A DNA stretch of 64,000 bases from Macrostomum hystrix (taxonomy: Eukaryota; Animalia; Platyhelminthes): the NCBI GenBank assembly GCA_950097015.1, contig CATNEN010000041.1, positions 3,410,001 through 3,474,000 on the forward strand, written 5' to 3'. How positions within the stretch are numbered: the stretch's first letter is position 1; the number at the start of each line of letters is the position of its first letter. Below, one piece after another: positions 57,075-64,000 of the stretch. The notes beneath the pieces were generated by a model, which ran no database searches, was not told the DNA's origin, and saw nothing but the letters and a program-made list of their open reading frames with translations. The position numbers and the translations under genes are program-made.

Positions 57075-59207
57075 TATGCCTCATGTGAAAGTCTTGAGAC
57101 TTCCAGACAGCCGTTGGACAACAGCCCCTTGCTTTTCGTTCACGTGCTTGCCACTTAAAATAGTTGCTATTGTGGCTGCCGGAGAAATATATTTTCACTG
57201 GTGCATACTCTCAGCTATAGGTCGGAAACTTCTCGCTCGTCTGAAGCTCACGGATCTGCCTGCTTCTTGCGCGGCTTTCTCCTCCGCAAAACCCCTACTA
57301 ACCGCTTCACTTGTTTCTCCCGTTCCCAAAACAGCTCTTGCTCCAGCATATTAGCCGCAGCAGCAGATGTCGGTAGCCTCCTCATCATGCGGGCAGTCTC
57401 CCACAATCTTGAAAAATCTTAAAACTTCGGGGCAGGGAATTAGCGACTGGAGCGGGAGAGTGGAGAGCACGGCCCTCTCCCTCATCAATAGTTAACGGCA
57501 GTACTAGCATTCCGGACTCTTTCCTAAAAAAATCTGCATGTCACTGACTTACTCCAGTGGACTTCGTAGGAGGGGGGTTAGCTGAGCGGGCCTTGCGAGG
57601 GAGGGCTGGTGGCGACAGAGGGAGGGCTGGGCAGGCAAGCAGCAGGAAGGCAGGTGGAGCAGCAGAAACTCAGTCTCTTCATCTAGAAGGCTTGGGAGAT
57701 AGAGGAGAAGGGATCGAAACGACTCGGGTGAGATTGAGCAGTGAAGGAGTTGCGTCGATCGAGAGATCGCTATGCCGAGCTCTAAAAGGGAGTCTGGCAC
57801 AGGGCAGGAGCAGCTGGGAGCTGCATGGACGGTCATGACTGGGAGGGTGCGAGCAGCTCGATGGGGAGAGATATGAGGGTGGGGTTGCTGTACATTCCTG
57901 CACCGCAAAGGGCTTCGAACTCTTGGAAATCATTCCCGCTCATTCCATCTCATCCCAACACCCAGTGTACGGGAAGGCATAGACTAAAACTCTGCTGTCT
58001 GCTGCTTCCTTTCCGTGACCGTCTCTACGCTCAATCTCACAGTTCTCTCGCATCTTCTGCCCAAAAATCCCAGTCGCACAATTCCGCGTGTACACAAGGG
58101 CAAAGAGAAAGAGAAAGTCTTCCTTCCCCTGGCATGGCTGAATGCCGCATAGCGCTGAGCTACCCTGCTCTCCTTGCGTGATGTGTGTTGAGCCCCAAGG
58201 CTCTTATTTGCGCCGGGTGGCAGCTAGAGAAGTCCATCTGTACTTCTCAAACCCTAACCCTAAGCCTCTCCAGTGGAGGCAAGTGAAGTGCTAGCAGATC
58301 CTAACCGTGCCGCATTTAGCGGATTGCAGAGCCGCCTCAGCTCTTGAGCAGAGCTAAATAAAAATATTGCAAGTCTGTGGTAGACAGTGAGAAGCAGAGT
58401 TTGGCAGCAATAAGAACAAGTAATTTAACTAGCGAAAAGCGGGCAGAGTTCGGGTCAGTGTCCGTAGGTAGTAGCTCTAGGCCAGGATTGCAGTGGCCCG
58501 GCGCGCAAAGTCACATTAAGTAATCTATAGTCCATATGAGCTAACTTCGTTTGTTATACCTCTTTTCGTTCTAGGCGCGACAGCGGGCTTTTAAGTTGGT
58601 CATTGGGTTTTTCTAACCTCTATTAACTCCTATTTAACAATGTCCCAAGGCCAATGCTGAAGATGAGAATGAAGTATGCCTTTTGAGATGCAACTGGAAT
58701 TCTTAAAACTCAGTCAGAGAAAATTGTTGTAAAATAAATTACAGATAGTTTTCCGAATTTCGAAAGTTTAACAATCATAACTGATATGGATCGAACTCCG
58801 CTGTTTCTATGACGATGGAAACTTGCTCGTTGGCAGCGTGTAGCAATATTTTAGCACCACTTGCCTACCAGTCTTTTCGCTACACATGCTTCCTATCTTA
58901 CCAGATAACATGCAGCGCATTCCATAGACATTTGAACTGTTCTCTGTGTGCTAAACAGTGTTCTCTCTGCTTTCCCTGCCTTTGCACGCAAGTAGCTGTG
59001 TTTGGTAGGGTGGAGCTGCAATTGTCTATGACCGAAAGACTTGTCAGAAAGTGAGAGAGGAGTAGGTTAAAGAACAGAGACAGGCTTATATCTGAGCTTT
59101 CTATTTATCGTCGACTCGCTAAATTTCATAGCCCTGAGTTACCAGATCAGCAGGATTTTCTATGCAAAAAAGCAGGACGGAAAAGAAGACAAGCGGCAAG
59201 GCAGGCT

Positions 59208-59930
59208 TTGCGAAGCTTGGACTTCGATAGCGATTCGAGTGACAGCGAGTCCTACCACACTGCTGAGAGCGATGGAGAGGAAGAGGATGTTGACGTGGCT
59301 GGCGATCAGCAGCAAGAAGACGCGCAGGAATTGCCGCCTGCGCAGTGGATTCCAGTAACACCTGAAACTGATGGTCGATCTTCTCTGACTCCGTAGTTCT
59401 CGGGAGTGAACGGTGGACAAACAAGAGGGCAGAACAAGGGGCCCAGAAGTTTCATGAGAAGCACGGAGATGGCGAATTACCATACGGACATGGAAGCCAT
59501 GCACTTTGCAGGAGATGAAGAAGGTTATTGGCATCATCCTGTGTACTGGTGTGGTTCAGAAGCCGCAGCAAACATACTATTGATCAACTGACATCTTTTA
59601 CTTCCATCCGGTGTTTCACAGCTTGTCGATGCTCCCTCGCGCACATCATCAGCAGGTCATGCGATGACTGCGTTGGTACGACTGCTTGGCGTTTGATGCT
59701 GATGATCACTATGTAAGATCAGGCCATTTCTTGAACTTGTGCAAACGATTAGCAAGAATAGTTACTTGCCTGGGTAATGCATCGCCATTGATGAGGCTCA
59801 GCTGCTCTACAAGGGGCGGCTTCTATTGAATCAGTTCAACAAGAAAGCAAAGTTCGGCCTTGAAGAAGCGTCCATGGGATACATGTGGAATTTAATCGTC
59901 TACTCGACTGCCATCGCCAACAATCAATTC
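59208..59930 (+). pseudogene. piggyBac (PGBD-like) transposase remnant
   Basis: Acidic N-terminus; NSYLPG*CIAIDEAQLLYKGR...KFGL...GYMWNLIVY matches the first DDD-motif region. Heavily deleted. Confidence 0.7.
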
Positions 59931-59959
59931 GACTATGATGTGCCGCAGCTACCAGTGAT

Positions 59960-62858
59960 TGCAGCCACGTAATGTTTATTTTTATTTGGCGGAGAATAGG
60001 TTAAGTGCCGCGCGTTCCAAAAGATAGAGGTTTATTGGCCGGCGCGAGTACATGAGATTAAGCCCTATGCACACTGCCCCGGCCCAGCGCAAGTGCTAGT
60101 CAAGGTTGGGGTGGCCGCCCTAGCACCACGCAGGGCGCTGGAGAGAGCGGCCGCCACAAAAAAATATTTGTAAATCCAATTATTATTTTTTGGCTGGTGA
60201 CCTGCTGGTTGATACGTCCGCGGCGGCGGCGGTGGTGCAGCTGCGGCAGTTTCGGGCTCATTGTCCTTCAGCGGTTGACGAGCATCCCGGCGAGGGCGGC
60301 CCTCGGGGCCGCAGCGGTGGAACCGGTACTGCTTCGCAGGAGTCCAGCACCGCAGGCTTCAGCCGATCTATCGCCACGTGATCGTGCCGCGTTCCCAAAT
60401 TGAGCAGAAAAGTTTAGGTGTTGCGCTCAAGCACCTTGAATGGGCCGAAATACGGTCTTTGCAGCTACGGGCGGTGGCCATCACAGCGGATGAAAACGTG
60501 CGTGCAAGCGTCCAGTGCGTCGGGCACGGAGGCTGCAACGCGGCCGTGTCGTGAGGTCGGAGGCGGTCGGAATGATTGCACAGCACCGCGAAGCCGGGCT
60601 AGGAACTGGTCGTAGGAGCCTGTCGCGGGCGTCGCCTGAAGGCACTCGTCCGGCACGGTCAGCGGCGCGCCGTAAACCAGCTCTGCAGAGGAGGCGCCAA
60701 TGTCCTCCTTGGGGGCTGTCCTGATGCCCAGCAGTGCCCAGGGAAGCTCGTCGGCCCAAGCTGGTCCAGTCAGACGCGCAATCAGGGATGCCTTGAGCTG
60801 GCGATGAAAACGCTCCACAAGCGCATTTGACTGCGGATGAAAGGCCGTTGTGTGATGGAGCTGCATGCCAAGCAGCTTGGAAACGCTGGTCCACAGTTCT
60901 GAGGTGAACTGGGAGCCGCGGTCGGACGTGATGTCGCTGGGGACACCGAAGCGGGCGATCCAGCCGGCGATGAAAACAGATGCGCAGGAAGCGGCAGAGG
61001 TGTCGAACATTGGAAATGCCTCCGGCCAGCGGGAGAAACGGTCGACTGCTGTCAGCAAATAGGTGTAACCGCGAGACGGCGGCAACGGACCGACCAGATC
61101 AACGTGGACATGGGCAAAACGGCTGTTAGGCACCGGGATGCTAGACGGTGGAGCGATCACATGCCGCTGTACTTTGGCCGTCTGGCAGGCGATGCAGCTG
61201 CGTGCCCACTGGCCGAAGTCCCTGTTGAGTCCGGGCCACACGAACTTCTCGGACACAAGGCGCCGTGTGCTGCGGACCGACGGGTGCGCCAGGCTGTGGA
61301 TGGCGTCGAAGACGGCACGGCGGAAGTCGGCGGGCACCAGCTGTCGTGGACGGCCGGTCACGGTGTCGCAGAGAACCTCCAGGGCGGGGCCCAGCACCAC
61401 TCGCTCTAGCCTGAGACCGGTGTCCGCAAGCGCAGGGTCATCGAAAGTCTGAGCACGCGCTAGGGCCTCATAGTCGATACCAGGAAGCAGCGGCTGCACG
61501 GAGGCAACGGTGCAGCGGGACAGTGCGTCGGCCACCGGATTGTCTTTGCCCGCTACGTGCCGGATGTCAGTGGTGAAATCCGAGACATATGCGAGGTGCC
61601 GCTGGTGACTTGCCGACCACCGGTCCGACAGCTTGGCCATGGCCGCCACTTGGGGCTTATGGTCGGTGTAGGCGGTGAAAAAACGGCCTTCCAAAAAGTA
61701 GCGAAAGTGCCTAGTGGCGAGATAGAGAGTGAGCGACTCACGGTCGAAAGCGCTGTACTTTCGTTACAGCGTGGCGGGCCGGGTGGGTGCTTGCGGGCGT
61801 CGGCCCCTGAGACCGGAAAAATGCTCACCTCTGCGCCAGTGTCGACCAGGAAACGCCGGCCGGTGGCCACGTCGGGGATGAGCAGGAGACTGTTGCTGCC
61901 AGCCGTCGAGGCATTCACTGACGGCCGGCCGGTCCATTTCCGGAGTACTAGCAGGGCTGTTCACAACGCCGGGCCTTGGAGCCGAACTTGCGGTGGAAAA
62001 AAACAGACCGGACCGCCTACCTCTCTGGGCTGGTGCTTCTGTGGCTGGGCCCGGGCTGGACCGGCGGCCGTGGCCTGCCGAGCTGCGGCGGCAACTACTG
62101 GCTGGTCGTGCGCCAGCGAGGCGGCTGCCAAGGGCTGGGCGCGGCTTGCCCAGAGCCCGTCCGCGAGCTGCGCGACCACCCGCGGGTCTTTAAAATCGGC
62201 GGAGACCAGTGCCATACGGATGTCGGCTGGCAGTTGCTGGCGGAACAGCTCCTCGAAGAGCATGCATGGCCGATGGTCGCCTAGCAGTGCCAGCATCTCG
62301 TCCATGAGTTCGGACGGGTGGCGGTCACCAAGGCCGGCCAGGTTGAGCAGCCGGCTGGCCCGCTGCTGCTGTGTCAGGCCGAAAGTGCCAAGAAGCCGGT
62401 CCTTGAGCACGCCGTACTTGTTTTCCGTGGGCGGATTCTCCAGCGCGTCCAGCAGACGCTCGGCCGACTGCTGATCGAGCGCTGCTACGAGGTGGCAGTA
62501 CTTGGTTTCGTCCTGCGAAATGCCTCGGAGAGTGAGTTGTGCCTCCGCCTGGATAAACCCTAACCCTAACCATGACCCAGAACGTGGGCAGCTTGAGTGC
62601 TACTGCAGACTCATTCATCTCAAACTATCGGTTTGAGAGTCGGGCTCACCAATTTGGCAATTGCAGCCACGTACTCGTAATTTTTATTTGGCGGAGAAAA
62701 AGATAGTGATTTATAGGCCGGCGCGTGTACATGAGCTTATGTACATAAGCACACTGCCCCGGCCCAGCGCAAGTGCTAGTCAAGGTTGGGGTGGCTGCCC
62801 TAGCACCACGCAGGGCGCTGGAGAGAGCGGCCGCCACAAAAAGATATTTTTAAATCCA
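59960..62858 (-). mobile_element. Ty3/Gypsy deletion derivative lacking RT
   Basis: LTR-like repeats 59960-60178 and 62662-62858; PBS-like tggtgagcccg 62641-62651; gag LKLPTFW...FIQAEAQ; protease VDTGAEVS joined near 61765 to late RNase H (RKYSAFDRE...TDHKP); integrase HVHVDLVGP, SDRG, VERFH. Confidence 0.88.
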
Positions 62859-63070
62859 CTTCTTGTTTTTTATTTCTTCTGTTTTTTCTTTTACTTCTCC
62901 ATTTAAAGGGTTAAATTTAAAAGATCGAAATAAAAAACTAGAAGTCAGTACCCACTATAAAGAATAAAAAATGTAATAGTTTTTCAACCCGCAATTACCT
63001 GTTCCATGGCTACCCCATTTCCAGCTGATCTTACTTCAGCTTTTTACCCAGCCGATTCCTGACTTTGCAG

Positions 63071-63996
63071 GAGTTCCACCACCACCGCCGGAGTTCGCGC
63101 CGGTGCCAATCCCACTGGGCTTTGAAGCTGCACAAACAGGGGCAGCTTACTGGGTGGCTGCAGGCAGCCACCAAATGGACGGCTACTACACGAGCGACAC
63201 CGCCAATACCGCAGCCCGATACCCGCCAGCCTGGGAGAGGCAGAGGCAGCTTCAGCAGTTCGCCTCCGGAAGGCAGCTAAGCAGCGAGTGCTTGCCACTG
63301 CATCACAATTCGTCCTTTGACCCTGGATATCAGACCTACCCCTACTCGGCGGGATCCTCTCAGCTACTTTCATCTACAGCGTATTACCAGTCTCAGAATC
63401 ATTTGCAGCCACCACAGCAGCAGCCGCAGCAGTCACAACCGCAACAGTCGCAGCAGCTAACTCTTGCTTTGGGCAACGATTGCGCGGGTGGTGGAAGTTG
63501 CTTCCTGCGTGGCGGTAGCAGCTCTGGAGTGTGGGGATCCTGCCGGAGCCACAGGGGCCAGGCGGCCCGGTTTAGCCTGCATGAGTTTCGGCCGTGCCCA
63601 TCAGATCGCAGCGCCAGGTCACTCGGCCCTGGACACCCAGCGGGCATCGACGGCGTGCTGCGGGTTCACATCGTTGCTGGCACCGGCCTGCACGCACCGG
63701 TGGTAGCCCTACGAGACCTCTACTGCCTGCTGGAGCTGGACTCCGTTCGTATGGCGCGCTCTCTCATCCGCACCAGCACTGACTGCTTCCACTGGGACGA
63801 GCAATTCGACCTGTTTGCTTCTGGCGCCCGTGGACTTGGTTTCCTATTGTACCAGTGGGATCCCAGCAACAAGCACCGACTCTGCTTTCACGGCAGCGTC
63901 AACCTCGTCAGTCTCGCCGCTTCGTTTCGGCAGCGCTGTATCCGCTCGGAACGAATCGCCCTCGGCATGGAGCCCAAGGGCTGTTTGTACTTCGAG
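63071..63996 (+). CDS. syd-1: C2-domain exon of a syd-1/RhoGAP100F/SYDE-type RhoGAP (gene continues past the window)
   Basis: Frame not in the ORF track: GVLRVHIVAGTGL...RDLYCLLELDSVRMARSLIR...FHWDEQF...LYQWDPSNKHRLCFHG...LGMEPKGCLY; acceptor tttgcag ends at 63070, donor at 63997. Confidence 0.8.
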
Positions 63997-64000
63997 GTGA

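Noticed and set aside
57549-58181. Overlapping ORFs in a purine/pyrimidine-skewed stretch
   Set aside because: No motifs or convincing splice structure; lies within the inferred syd-1 intron.

Overview
Repeat-rich animal genomic DNA with spliceosomal introns, TTAGGG-type telomere motifs and an animal tRNA-iMet primer site. The composition suggests a GC-rich invertebrate such as a free-living flatworm (inference only). Three host genes can be assembled from GT-AG sites: (i) an ankyrin-repeat protein with two tandem, apparently active Ser/Thr kinase domains (+, 15846-28135); (ii) a long-chain acyl-CoA synthetase (-, 30358-37943); (iii) two exons of a syd-1/RhoGAP100F-like gene (+, from about 56125, running off the window). 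The rest is mobile DNA: a full-length LOA/R1-group LINE inside a foldback element, Crypton-type tyrosine-recombinase elements flanking a P-element (THAP) transposase in inverted orientation, a very young BEL/Pao element with identical LTRs, two decayed Gypsy elements, several Ngaro (DIRS-order) copies including a tail-to-tail pair, a piggyBac remnant and a tRNA-derived SINE. The leads most worth following are the Crypton/P-transposase cassette with nested perfect inverted blocks, the ANK-kinase-kinase gene, and a structured 3' motif shared by the LINE and SINE that contains HDV-ribozyme core sequences in non-canonical order. Everything was read by eye; no alignments, HMM searches or folding programs were run. 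Many frameshifts could be long-read assembly errors.
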